A DNA stretch of 64,000 nucleotides, taken from NCBI GenBank assembly GCA_013265495.1, contig MU057716.1, forward strand, positions 1 through 64,000, given 5' to 3'. This document shows, piece by piece, positions 50,042 to 61,987 of this stretch (the first letter of the stretch is position 1; each line of letters starts with the position of its first letter). The position numbers and the translations under genes are program-made. Origin of the DNA: Vicugna vicugna (taxonomy: Eukaryota). Below the pieces are notes generated by a model, which saw only the letters and a list, made by a program, of their open reading frames with translations, made no database searches and had not been told where the DNA came from.

Positions 50042-51155
50042 AACCAACTCCCGTTAATTCTTACCACGAGTAATAGTCCATATATTTATTCCTTAGACCC
50101 ATGCTTCTCAAAACATGTTCCACAAAAATGTACCTGTCTTGCAATATTGGTGATTGTTCTATTAAAAATGGAGGGAGAGGAAAGCCTTCTTAGTTCAATT
50201 AAGATTGCAAAACTTGAGTTGTACAAAGTTAAAGATATTTTTTTGCCACAGAATTTCTTTTAAAACTTTGTACCATTTTTGTGCATTGTGAAACTCTGAG
50301 AGAGGGTTAAAGTTTACGACATTTTCCAAAATTGTTTAAAAAGGAAAACTTAAGAAACCTTTAAGGGCACCAGTGACTTTCAGAACGAAGTTTGAGAAAT
50401 GCTACATTAGACAAATGTTAAATGAGTACCCATTGTATGCAAGAGGAGTGTCCATGGAAACACATCCTTTCTGTCAGGCTTGGCTGTTGTTGTTTTGTAA
50501 TCTGTTAACAGATGATGGTAACACCCACTGCACAGGGCTGTCATGAGAATGAAATGAAATCAAATCTACAATACGTCAAGCCTAGCACAAAGCAGGCACA
50601 GAATATATGCGCCGTCTCTGCCTCCATAGACAGTACTTGGGGGCGGGGGCGGGGGGAGGGCGGATAGGGGGCGGTGGTGATGAAATTCGCCTGAATTTAA
50701 CTAGACCTCAACACACCTTTGAGGTGTGTACATGTGAGGACAGAATTGCAGCATGTGACTCATTCTCTGGTTCAGGGAATTCTGGCTAGTCAGGCTGGCC
50801 ATTTCCCACTTCAAACTGAGATCCTCACGTCCTTCACCTGATAAACCCCAACCGCCATTGCCTTGGTTAATTAGAACCATGATCACTCACACAATCACAC
50901 ACACTTGCAGGGACACGAGCGTTCAAGCCTAAACTAAGGACAAGTGCTTCAAATTGCAAGGATCTTGGCCTAAAGAAATACATTATTTAGGGCAATGGAA
51001 GTCTGAACGGTGCACCAGAACTGCATTTAGTTTCTAATCTGTGTTAGCAACACTGCACGGCAAAGTAACCAAAATAAATATTTAAATAAAATGGAAGTAA
51101 CACAAAGCATTGCAAAAATGAGCCTTTTGTGACTTGAAATTCATCTGTGATACAC

Positions 51156-51174
51156 TGGCGCCCTCTGCTGGCTA
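51156..51174 (-). promoter_or_regulatory. CTCF core motif
   Basis: Minus strand TAGCCAGCAGAGGGCGCCA vs consensus TGGCCACCAGGGGGCGC(C/T)A. Confidence 0.65.
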
Positions 51175-51506
51175 GATTTTTCCAACAGCTCAGATTGTTC
51201 AGTACTGCTTTTTCTTTAAGACGTGTTCAATTTTGGTTCAAAGTTTTACACAGATTAGTAAAAAGTATTAGCAGAATGGTACTTATTATAGAATCACAAT
51301 GCATAGAATTATTTAAAATTATTATCTCAACATTTCAATCCCCACCTCAAGATGTGTCTTGGTCAAAAACAGATTTCCTATTAAGCTGTAACACATGGAG
51401 TATATGTATTGCTCTGTAACTTGCACCCTGGTGGCCTATCATATAGGTTTCAATTTTTATTAATTACAGGTATAATTTTTACCTCATTTTATGTGGCCTA
51501 TTGCTT

Positions 51507-51655
51507 AGGGCTGCCAAATTTTACAAATAAAAATATGTTCCATGTACCTGCATGACACATACTAAAAAACACTAAATTATTGAGTAAAAAAGAATTAATT
51601 GTTTAACTGAAATTCAAATTTAATTGGGTTGCCTGTATCTTATCTGGAGACCTTA
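51507..51655. mobile_element. MER53-like palindromic MITE
   Basis: Terminal inverted repeat TAGGGCTGCCAAAT ... ATCTGGAGACCTTA and internal CTGAAATTCAAATTTAATTGGG. Confidence 0.6.
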
Positions 51656-53454
51656 CCTATTTTCATGTGTGCTCTGAATTTTATAATTGAAATTGTTTTC
51701 TCTTGTGATATTCAGTGCTTATCGTACCATAATAATAAAAGCAAAACATCTCTCTCTCTGTCTTTTATTTCTTCCCTCACATTTTCTGAGACACTGAACA
51801 GGTTTCAACATATCAAAGCTTAAAGCAAAAGACTGAATTAGCAGGGTCAGCTAGGCATGAGATTGAAAACATTTGTTCTTTAAAAAAAAAAAGTTATTTA
51901 ACTAATGAATGGACTGAATGAGAGAAATCCTGAATTCTTAGTCTTCTTTTATGTAGCAAGAAAAAATACTATATAAAACATATAAAATGTTTTGTTTTGC
52001 TTTGTCTTCAGAATAGGAAATTTGAAAATAAGGGCACCTAGATGCAACATGATTCTAAGGCAGGGAATCTCAAGCCTGCAGAGCAGAAACACCTGTGGAA
52101 GCTTTAAAACTCAAGGATACCTGGGCCTTGCCTGCAGACCAATTAAATCAGAGGCTGGGATCCCTAGGAACCATATGGTTTCAAAGCAGCCCAGGCAATT
52201 TTAATATGCAGCCACGGTGGCAAACCACTTCTCCTAGGGCCATCAAGTCGCTTCAGAGGGTGTTTATTACCTTTGATTTGCATGCGAATCAATGCAGATT
52301 GATTTAGTAGAATCTGGACTTTCTAGTTTCCAGCTGATGTAGTTGCTGCCTGGCCAAGGACCACACTTTGAGGAGCAAGATTTTAAGAAAGGCCACAAAA
52401 GAAAAGGCAAGTTGTTTCAATAAGGAATTACAGAAATGCCTGTGTGAACTGAAAATGCAGATAACTTACAACCACATTACTGTAATGGTAACTGCCCTAG
52501 AAATGAAGGAGGGAGGGAAGGTGAGAGAAAAACTTACCTTAATAGTTCCACATTGGGTTACTGCATCATCTTTAGTCATCTTCCTGTTTTCTGTCACAGT
52601 ATCTCTTACTGGCAAAAAGGAGTTAATATTTGCTCCCAGGCTACTTTTGCAGAAATAGTATGAGAATTTGCATTAGCTCATTTTATATGCAGCATCGCAA
52701 ATATGCAGTAATTTAAAGCATACAAGTTTATATCATATTAGAATTTAGTTCATAGTTCACTTCCATCAGACCTTTTTTAACCATTTTAGCCTGTTGGAGC
52801 TTAAAGCAATATGCAGATTGTACAACCGTGTGAAGCTGATCAAATCAACCCTTGAAAGTAATTGGTAAAGCTCCTCATGTGCTTTTGAAAAATTAATCAA
52901 GACAGGTTTGGTGAACCTTGCTGAGAAAGTCTCTTTAGGACACATGACTTGGTTCCCACCGTATTGTCAAAGGAAAACCAGCTGCAAATCCCAAGGTGAC
53001 CCATTTACCTCTCTTGGGTGGAGCATAATGACTTCTTAAACACTGCAAATAATTCTGCTGGTTTAGAAATCAATTTGGAGAATACAATTAAATGAAACTA
53101 TTTGATCCTTCAGGTTTGAAAACCATCCATTTGACTCGCACAGTAACACTTTAATATGGAAACAGCCACCCTCATCTTCTAATGCCTTCAAACAATGTTC
53201 TAGGGGGATATGCTGTAGAAAGCAGTGCATACAGTGTTGCCTTTAAATCTCTCCAGGATTAGTCATGAGAATTGGTATTAAAATATTTCTTCCTCAAGCA
53301 CTTATATTTTGCCTTTGACAGTGCCTTTATAAGGTCTTCTGCAGGATTCAGTAGGGAAGGCAGAGGCATTACAAATGGTGCCTCCAGTTTCACTGGACAA
53401 CCAGTCTCCCCCACCCACCGCCTTCAAAGTTGCAGGGCCTGCTTGGAGCACAGG

Positions 53455-53990
53455 TATGGTCAGTGATGTTTTCAGCTCTCATTTCTTCAGATAAATGCCC
53501 AGAAATGGAATTTCTGGCTCATATGGTAGTTCTATTTTTAATTTTTACAAGAACCTCCATACTGTTTTCCAAAGTGACTGCAGCAATTTCCATTCCCACC
53601 AATGGTGCACCACGTTTCCTTTTTCTCCACACTCACCAACACTATTCTTGTCTTTTTTGTAATAGTCATTCTAACAGGTGTGAGGTGGTAATTTCTCTGT
53701 GGATTTGATTTGCATTTCCCTGGTGATTAGTGATGCTGAGCATCTTTTCATGTAGCTGTTTGCCATCCCTATGTCTTTTTTGGAAGAATGTCTTTTCAGA
53801 TCCTCCTCCCACTTTTTTAATCAGGTTGTTTGGCAGGTTTTTTTGCTGTTGAGTTGTATGAGTTCTTGGTATATTTTGGATATTAACCCCTTATCAGATG
53901 CACGATTTTCAGATATTTTCTCCCCTTCGCTAGGTTGCCTTTCACTTTGTTAATGGCTCCCTTTGCTGGCAGAAGCTCTCTAGTTTGACG
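53455..53990 (-). mobile_element. Older L1 ORF2 3' fragment
   Basis: TTTGATTTGCATTTCCCTGGTGATTAGTGATGCTGAGCATCTTTTCATG and ATTTTGGATATTAACCCCTTATCAGAT are antisense L1 hallmarks. Confidence 0.9.
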
Positions 53991-56119
53991 TATAACACAT
54001 TTTTGACCTCTGTAAAATTCTCAGGTGAAAACAGTAGGTCATAGTTTACACACTTCGTATTATGAGCAAGGTCACAAGTCAGGCTTTCAAAGGCACCTGT
54101 TTGTATTTTCTGTTCACATTATTTGCTCATTTTTCTTTTATTTTTTATACAGATGTAAAAAAGTCATCACTTCATTATGAATAACATCGTCTTTCATGAT
54201 ACAGTGTTGAAAAGTTATCTTTTATTTAACTTTTGAAGATTAAAAATGCTGTTAGGTGTATCAATATCATCTTTTATGATTTTGTAATTTTCATGTTACT
54301 TTAGGCTATCCCATTCTAAGATTATTTTTAAAAATTCTCCCATGCACTGGTACTTTTACGGCTTTTTCTATTAACATCTTTTATATCTCTGAGATTAACT
54401 TTGGTATAGAAATGAGTTAGGGATTCAGCTTAATTTTCCCCAGATGTCTCCAGTTTTCTCCAAATCAATTACAGACTATTGTGTTCTTTCCCACTGTTTC
54501 CCTTTTTCATTTGACACTCAGCCACAGAGCTCCTCCTCTCCCTGGGAATTGGGTACCAGTTTCCTTGGGAACCAGGTACATTGTTCCACACTGTCCCCGC
54601 TCCCTTCTAAGGCCTTCACACAAAGGGTCTCCTCTTGTCTGGAAGCCTCCTTCTCTACCCCCCTTGACTTGCTGACTCCTCCTTATACTCAAGCCTCAGT
54701 TTAAATGTCACTTCCTCTAGGTTGGGTGTGAAATTACATGTCCCCAAATCACCCGCACTTCTTCCTCTTTGGTGCAATTATAGCCACAATAAAGCTCCAG
54801 TGCTTGATGGTCATTTCAGTATCCCTAGTGACCGCATCAGTACGTGACAGATAGTATGTGCTTAATAAATACGTATTGAGTTAATGCAGTCTACTTTTTC
54901 CCTCAGATTGGTTCTCCGCCTCACGCAGTGGTTGGGAGAATGAGAGGGACCTGTGGTTCCCTAAGCGAGCCCTGAGTCCAGCCACGTGACTGTAATAAGG
55001 GCCACTCCCGTGGCCAGCCTGGCCCTCCAGACATGACTGGCTTTGACCCTGAAGATCCAGATTTGGAAGGTACATACGTACATCTTTGGCCTTTGCTCTG
55101 GGACTCTGTAACTTACTAATTTTCAGAAAAAGAAGCATTATGTTAGGGGAGTTTACTTGACCCAGTTTGATTTTTTTTCCCCCTTACTTTACCACCTTGG
55201 ATGTGAGACCGTATGAATACAGTTAGTACTCAGAGAAGCTGCCACTTGCCACTTAGGATGTCACATGATTAATTTTTTCAACTTGGCCTTGGTACCTGTT
55301 GAATAAATAGTATCCCTGGTAATTTCTGTAGAACCAAATTCTGCTCTTGGGAACTCTAACACTAGCGTTAGGATAGTTGGAGGTAAAAATCAGCTGGGAA
55401 GAGAAAGAAGGAAGAAAATAATGTGAAAAAATGCAGGTTATTAGCAGAAATGCTTAGCTCTTGGTTCTCAAATATTTTAAATTCAGAAAAAGTTTCAAAA
55501 TTCAAGTGCAATATTATCATCAACATAAATTAACATTTAATTAGTTATGCACTCAGGGTATTGCTCTGAAGTGAGTTTAATTAACAAATAACTAGGTTTG
55601 GTAATATCTTGGCTGGATATCTCTATCCCCTTGAGAAGAGGAAGTTGAATAGTTGAAATAGCATGGTCTGATTGCAGCAGACCAAGATTATTCTGCTTCG
55701 TTCTTCAGTCTGCCCTTCCTTCTCTTTCCCAAGGGCAGATATGAACAAAACAATAACTTTCTAATTGTTTAGCACTCAATTTTCTGCCTAGCAAAGAATG
55801 TGTGGTTATACCAGTCCTCATAAAAACAAGATTATATCATTTAGATTTCAGTGCATATTAATCTTTACCTCATTTCCCTCAGTTTAAAAAAAAATGATTG
55901 TGAAAAATTTCAAACATTTACAAAGTACAGAGTAGTACAATGAACATCCTTGTATCCATCCATCCGTTTTAACAGTTATCAACACTCTGCCATCTTGTTT
56001 AATCTATACCTCCATCCACTCGCCACCCACCATTCAATTATTTTTAAGATAGGTTTTATATATATTGAGATGCATAAATATTGACTGTACCACTTTGGCA
56101 AGATACATGCATGTAACCC

Positions 56120-56480
56120 AAATCACAAAGAAGACATACAAATGGACAACAAGCACGTGAAGAATGCTCAACATCACTGATCATCACAGAAATGCAAATC
56201 AAAGCCACGAGACATCATCTCGCACCTGTCAGAGTGGCTATCATTCAAAAAACAACAAATGACTAGTGTTGGCAAGGATGTGGAGAAAAGGAACCCTTGT
56301 GCACTGGTGGTAGGACTGTCAGCTCAGAGAAGTAAGTCAGACGGAGAAAGACAAACACTGTATGACTTCACTTATATGTGGAATCTAAAAACCAAATGAA
56401 CAAACATCAAAACAGAGTCATAAATACAGAGAACAAATAGGTGGTTTCCAGAGGGGAGGTGGGGGAGGGAGGGGAGAAAT
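56120..56480 (+). mobile_element. Older L1 3' fragment with deletion
   Basis: AAGAAGACATACAAATGG...GAAATGCAAATCAAAG...ATGTGGAATCTAAAA. Confidence 0.85.
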
Positions 56481-56735
56481 GATGTGGTATGACAGGAACT
56501 AACATAATGTTGCAGGTCAACCACAACATTTCAATAAATGCCCTCTCGTGAGATCGGTCCATCTGTCTTTACGTGTAAGGTAAACAGTGGTCACCCTGAC
56601 ATCGTACAGAGGGTGCAGTTCACAGGTTTCAGAATCAAACTTTAAAAGAACCATATGTAATAAAAACAAATCACGATAATAAAAAATAAAACACAAATAA
56701 AAAACAAGTACATTGTAGAAAATACTGAAATGCAA

Positions 56736-56741
56736 TTTATT
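56736..56741 (-). terminator. ATP23: Likely ATP23 polyadenylation signal
   Basis: AATAAA on the minus strand about 225 nt after the stop, followed by a T/GT-rich downstream tract (plus 56675-56710 is A-rich). Confidence 0.7.
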
Positions 56742-56966
56742 TGCCTTATTTACCAAATGGTTAACTACAAAGGTACAATTTTTGCCTTGGAGTTCAAGGC
56801 GGTTTCATTTTTCAGCACAGTTACTTTTCTGATCATGTGCTGTCGTCAGCATCTTCTGTGTCTCCTCAGGATTCAACTGACCGTTCACGTTTTACACGTT
56901 TGTCCACCGGGGAGCCGTACCTTCCTCATGATCGCTGCAGCTCCGTGATACAACACGTCGTTGTCG

Positions 56967-57170
56967 TCATATGTTTGCGTAGTACCGATCCCGGTTCTGA
57001 AAGTCTCTGTGAGCGTGTCTTGCATACGTCTTGTTATGTGGGATCCTTCCGAAAGGTTCATGGTCATTGAAACAAGACTCAAAAACTTCATCAACAGCCT
57101 TCTGAGCGACTTCTTTGCTGATGTTCCGAACAGCTAGAATAGAAAGAATGGCTCTGTCTCGCACACAGGT
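56967..57170 (-). CDS. ATP23: ATP23 terminal coding exon (mitochondrial inner membrane protease ATP23 homolog C-terminus)
   Basis: Acceptor CTCTTTCTCCTTAG|ACC. Encodes [67 protein letters not shown], the recognisable ATP23 C-terminus. Intron 57171-59633. Confidence 0.97.
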   Translation of the reverse strand, partial: TCVRDRAILSILAVRNISKEVAQKAVDEVFESCFNDHEPFGRIPHNKTYARHAHRDFQNRDRYYANI

Positions 57171-59633
57171 CTAAGGAGAAAGAGGAGTGTGTGGCTTTAA
57201 TTTTATAAAAAACTTAATCATGAAATATAACATTGTATATAATGTCTAAACCACAGTCAAAATTAATTTCCTCTCACATTGTTTCACTAATTTCTGTCAT
57301 TCGAAAGAAGCAACATTAAATTATGGAGCATGTTCAGCTCAACCTGAAAGTATTTATGTGTAAGGATGACCTCCTCCCTCTCCTCATCTTTCCCAATAAT
57401 ATAAGCGGACGTCATTCTCGGAAGTTCTAGATGCTGCCTGCCAAACAATAGCTCCAAATTTACAAAACTATTTTTTTAAGTCTATAAATAAAGTTCTGGT
57501 TGAATTCTTTTTACTTTCAATAAATCTGAAATACACTTTACTCTGTGCCTCTCTCCCCTAACTCTGCGCTGACCAATGCTAGGTAGCTTTTCCTGGGAGG
57601 GGAACAGGAAACCACACATACATACACACAAAATTTGAAGCTGTCCTCATTTTTCAGGGAAAAAAAGAAAATCAAACAACTTTTTTCGTCCTGATTGTTC
57701 TTTGCATGGGTATTTAATTCTCTACCTAGGAAAATAATTTACTTAATGCTACATAGTGATAGACTAGAATTTCTCAGTATTCTAGTATTTTAAGAAATGT
57801 AAGGTTGGCCATTCTAATTCTTGAAGAGCTTTAAATCCATCTCCTTCTCCACAGGCCCAAACTAAAAATCAAAATGGCATTCAACCCGTTCCTGAAAAAC
57901 CACCAAACATGGATTCTGATGGCTGTGCACCCTGTCCATCACTGAGTTTTCTCTGTATGTGCCCAGTTTCACTCCAGCCTGATCAGCACATTCATGAATA
58001 TAGGACTATAAATCAGTGCTTCTCAGCCTGACATCAAATGCCAATTTAAAAAATAAACCCCAGGTTTAGAGGAATAAGAAGGAGAAGAAGAACTGTCTAG
58101 AGCCATGACAGCAACTGCTGGAGAGAAGAAAGGTCTCCCCTCCAGGCAGTAACACGGTAGTAAAGATTTGTCTGCCTGCTGAGCCTCCAAGGTCAGGAGG
58201 CACAAGAGTAGGTCACAATTCAGATTAACTTATTTCCAGATGAAATACATTTCTGCTAAAAGTGTGCAGTTTTACAATGAGTCACTGTAACTGACGTTTG
58301 CATTTCTTGGGTACATGCTGCACAAACCCAGGGCCTCTTCTCCCCGCACCGGCTCCCGTCACCTCCACAGAAGCTCCGTCCAGCGCTAGTTCTCTTTGTT
58401 TTCTGCTGCTCTATCCAATGTAAGGAGCACAGACTTCTCTTTCAGACTCTGCGCCTCGGACCTCATGCTTTACCTGCCTCACCTCTTCTCTGGGATGTGC
58501 TGATGGGCACGCTACTTCCACCCTGCCCGCTGACAGCCAGAACACACAGCCCATTCAAACGCCACCCAGGCTGAATTTACAGATGAGCAGGGACTCGAAG
58601 CACAGAAGACACGCGGCACAAGACAAGCCAGTGACACTCCGCTGACTTGGCACAGCCTGAAGGCCTCACAGCCCAGTCTGAGTAGCCGCCCCTCCCCGGC
58701 CCAGGTTTGCCTTCCAGATCCCATTCACTAAGCTCACAGTTTCTCCCAATGGTTCGCTGTGACTGTCGGCCTTCCTCCCCAGAGCTGAGTTCCTCTCGCC
58801 TCTAGAGGACCCAGGGCCTCCCTGCTGTTGTTCCAAGCCTGTCCTTTTTGCATCTGGCTGCACCTGCTCTCCTGAGGCCCATGCAGCTCACAAACTGGCC
58901 CGGCAACCTCTGGCCATAGACAGCCTCCTCTGGCCATAGACAGCCTCCGACCGGCCTCTCGCCTGCGTGTGAACACAGAGCCCCTGGGCTGCTGCGGGCA
59001 GGACCGCCCACGTTCTCTATCAGTCCATCCGTTCTAAACCCCCTCTCCCCCGTCCATCGATCGTGGACCTTAAAAGCTTTCTAGCAGGATTATCTTGCCT
59101 CTAGTTTGCTTTTGTTTCTGTTCTGTGTTGTTTACAATATGTCCCTCAGCTCAGCTCATTATCATCAAGTCTGCGCCGACCCAAAGCTCTGCCGTCAGGT
59201 CACACAGCCGTAGGAGGCGCGCTACGACACAGGCACAGCCGGAGCTGAGTGCGGTCTGTTCTCAAGGGCGTCGCTCTCCTGTCTCGAGAGCGCTGTGCTG
59301 GTTTCATGTGTAAGCCCAGGTCTGCTGGGATAAAAGACCGGCTGTGACTTCACTTCTGTCCTTCATCTGCCCCACCCAGAAGTGTCCCAAGAGCGAGCCC
59401 ACGCTCTCGTCACTATAAAACCCTCTCACTCAGTCATGGGGCCATGGCCTCGCCTACAATTTGACGGTGGAACTGAACTTCATCTACTTGGCTTAAGTGG
59501 TATACATTTTGTATTCTTTTCATAGAAGCAGTTTTGTCAAATTTCAAGTACTAAATGTACTTCTCATTTCTCTATTTGTTATTTCTACTCATAGCACTCT
59601 TGAGGGGAAATGATTTCAGGTGTTAGGTTTTAC

Positions 59634-59717
59634 CTGGTGGTGTTGTTTAAATCCAAAATGTAACCTGAATATTTCATTGACAAGTGAGCAGTCGCCACTG
59701 AGGTTAGCAGCTCGAAC
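59634..59717 (-). CDS. ATP23: ATP23 penultimate coding exon (84 nt, phase 0/0)
   Basis: Minus strand TTTGTGGTAG|GTTCGAGCT...CACCACCAG|GTAAAA translates to [28 protein letters not shown], matching recalled mammalian ATP23. Canonical AG/GT, in frame with the last exon. Confidence 0.96.
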
Positions 59718-59997
59718 CTACCACAAAGACAGAAGGCAAACAAAAAGAAAATAAGCACTTGTTTAATTGTAGAAGAATAAAAAATTGGCATGTTCTTCTG
59801 AGAGCAGAGTATCTGTAAGACTTAAATTTTTAACTCTACTGCCTTAAGTAGTTCCTAAGTTAAAAAAAAAAAAAGAGCAGATATCAACGAGCTATGCTAG
59901 ACAACATCAAACACACAAGTGGCAATCACCTACCAAAAGGAATTTTCAGACCTTTACGCTGGAGCCTTACCTCTGGAACCTCAGCTGGGCTGGACCT

Positions 59998-60076
59998 NNN
60001 NNNNNNNNNNNNNNNNNNNNNNNNNNNNNNNNNNNNNNNNNNNNNNNNNNNNNNNNNNNNNNNNNNNNNNNNNNNN
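59998..60076. other. Assembly gap (79 N) in ATP23 intron
   Basis: N run. Confidence 1.
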
Positions 60077-60090
60077 TAAAACTGAACAGT

Positions 60091-60216
60091 GGGGAAGGTA
60101 TAGCTCAGTGGTAGAGTGTGTGCTTAGCATGCATGAGGTCCTGGGTTCAATCCCCAGTACCTCCGTTACAAATAAATAAATAAGCCCAATTACCACCCCT
60201 CACCTCCCCCCCAAAA
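60091..60216 (+). mobile_element. tRNA-Ala-derived SINE in ATP23 intron (antisense to the gene)
   Basis: GGGGAAGGTATAGCTCAGTGGTAGAG...TGCTTAGCATGCA...GGTTCAATCCCCAGTACCTCC followed by (AAAT)n. Confidence 0.9.
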
Positions 60217-60477
60217 CCTGAATATATCAGTATCTAAGACACTTTTTAAGCACATGAACCTCCCAGGCCTCCTGGCCCAAGTCACTGAAACTGTCTTGGA
60301 CCTTCCCTTAAGCCTGTGTAACTCTGTGACCTTACGCCAGGGCCTGATTGGCCTATGAGAAATTAAGTGGTGCAAAGCAGCAAGAACATTCCAAACGGGT
60401 CATGCTATGAACACGACAGCCTGAAGTTAGGCCGTATTTTCTAATTTGCTATATCTTTAAGATAAAAAGCAGCTTTA

Positions 60478-61987
60478 ACTATCACCACTCCTATTCAACA
60501 TAGTCTTGGAAGTCCTAGCCACAGCAATCAGGCAAAAAAGGGAAATAAAAGGGATCCAAATTGGAAAAGAAGAGGTAAAAGTGTCACTATATGCAGATGA
60601 CATGATACTATATATAGAAAACCCTAAAAGGTCCACACAAAAACTATTAGAGCTGATCGAAGAATTCAGCAAGGAAGCAGGTTACAAGAACTATGTTCAA
60701 AAATCAGTTGCATTTCTTTACACTAACGATGAAATCAACAGGAAAAGAAAGTAAAGAAACAATCCCCTTTAAAATAGCACCCAAAGTAATAAAATACCTA
60801 GGAATAAATCTAACCAAGGAGGTGAAAGGCTTTTACACAGAAAACTAAAAAACACTCATTAAGGAAATTAAAGAAGACTTAAAAAAATGGAAAGCTATCC
60901 CATGCTTCTGGAGTGGAAGAATCAATATTGTTTAAATGGTCACACTGCCCAAGGCAATCTACAGATTTAATGCAATCCCTTATCAAATTACCCAGGACAT
61001 ATTTCACAGAACTAGAACAAATCATAATAAAATTTATATGGAACCACAAAAGACCTAGAATTGCCAAAGCATTACTGAAGAAAAAGAAAGAGGCTGGAGG
61101 AATAACTCTCCCAGACTTCAGACAATACTACAGAGCTACAGTCATCAAGACAGCATGGTATTGGTACAAAAACAGACATATAGACCAAAGGAACACAACA
61201 GAGAGCCCAGAAATGAACCCACAAACTTTTGGTCAACTAATCTTCAACAAAGGAGGCAAGAATATACAATGGAATAAAGACAGTCTCTTCAGCAAATGGT
61301 GTTGGGAAAACTGGACAGCAGCATGTAAAGCAATGAAGCTAGAACACTCCCTTACACCATACACAAAAATCAACTCAAAATGGATCAAAGACTTAAACAT
61401 AAGACAAGATACAATAAACCTCCTAGAAGAAAACATAGACAAAACATTATCTGACATACATCTCAAAAATGTTCTCCTAAGGCAGTCTACCCAAGCAATA
61501 GAAATAAAAGCAAGAATAAACAAATGAGACCTAATTAAACTTACCAGCTTCTGCACAGCAAAGGAAACCATAAGTAAAACAAAACAACAATCTATGGAAT
61601 GAGAGAAAATTTTTCCAAATGAAACCCACAAAGGCTTGATCTCCAGAATATATAAGCAGCTCATACGATATAATAAGAAAAAAATAACAACCCAATCCAA
61701 AAATGGGCAGAAGACCTAAACAAGCAATTCTCCAAGGAAGAAATACAAACAATCAAAAGGCACATGAAAAAATGCTCAATATCACTAATTATCAGAGAAA
61801 TGCAAATCAAAACTACAATGAGGTATCACCAACACCAGTCAGAATGGCCATCATTCAAAAGTCCACAAATGACAAATGCTGGAGAGACTGTGGAGTAAAG
61901 GGAACTCTCCTACACTGCTGGTGGGAATGCAGTTTGGTGCAGCCACTGTGGAAAACACTATGGAGATTCCTCAAAAGACTAGGAATA
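60478..61987 (+). mobile_element. 5'-truncated L1, ORF2 RT to C-terminal region, disabled
   Basis: Translates to [13 protein letters not shown]...[26 protein letters not shown] and [14 protein letters not shown], with frameshifts and stops. Interrupted at about 61987 by a second L1. Confidence 0.95.
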
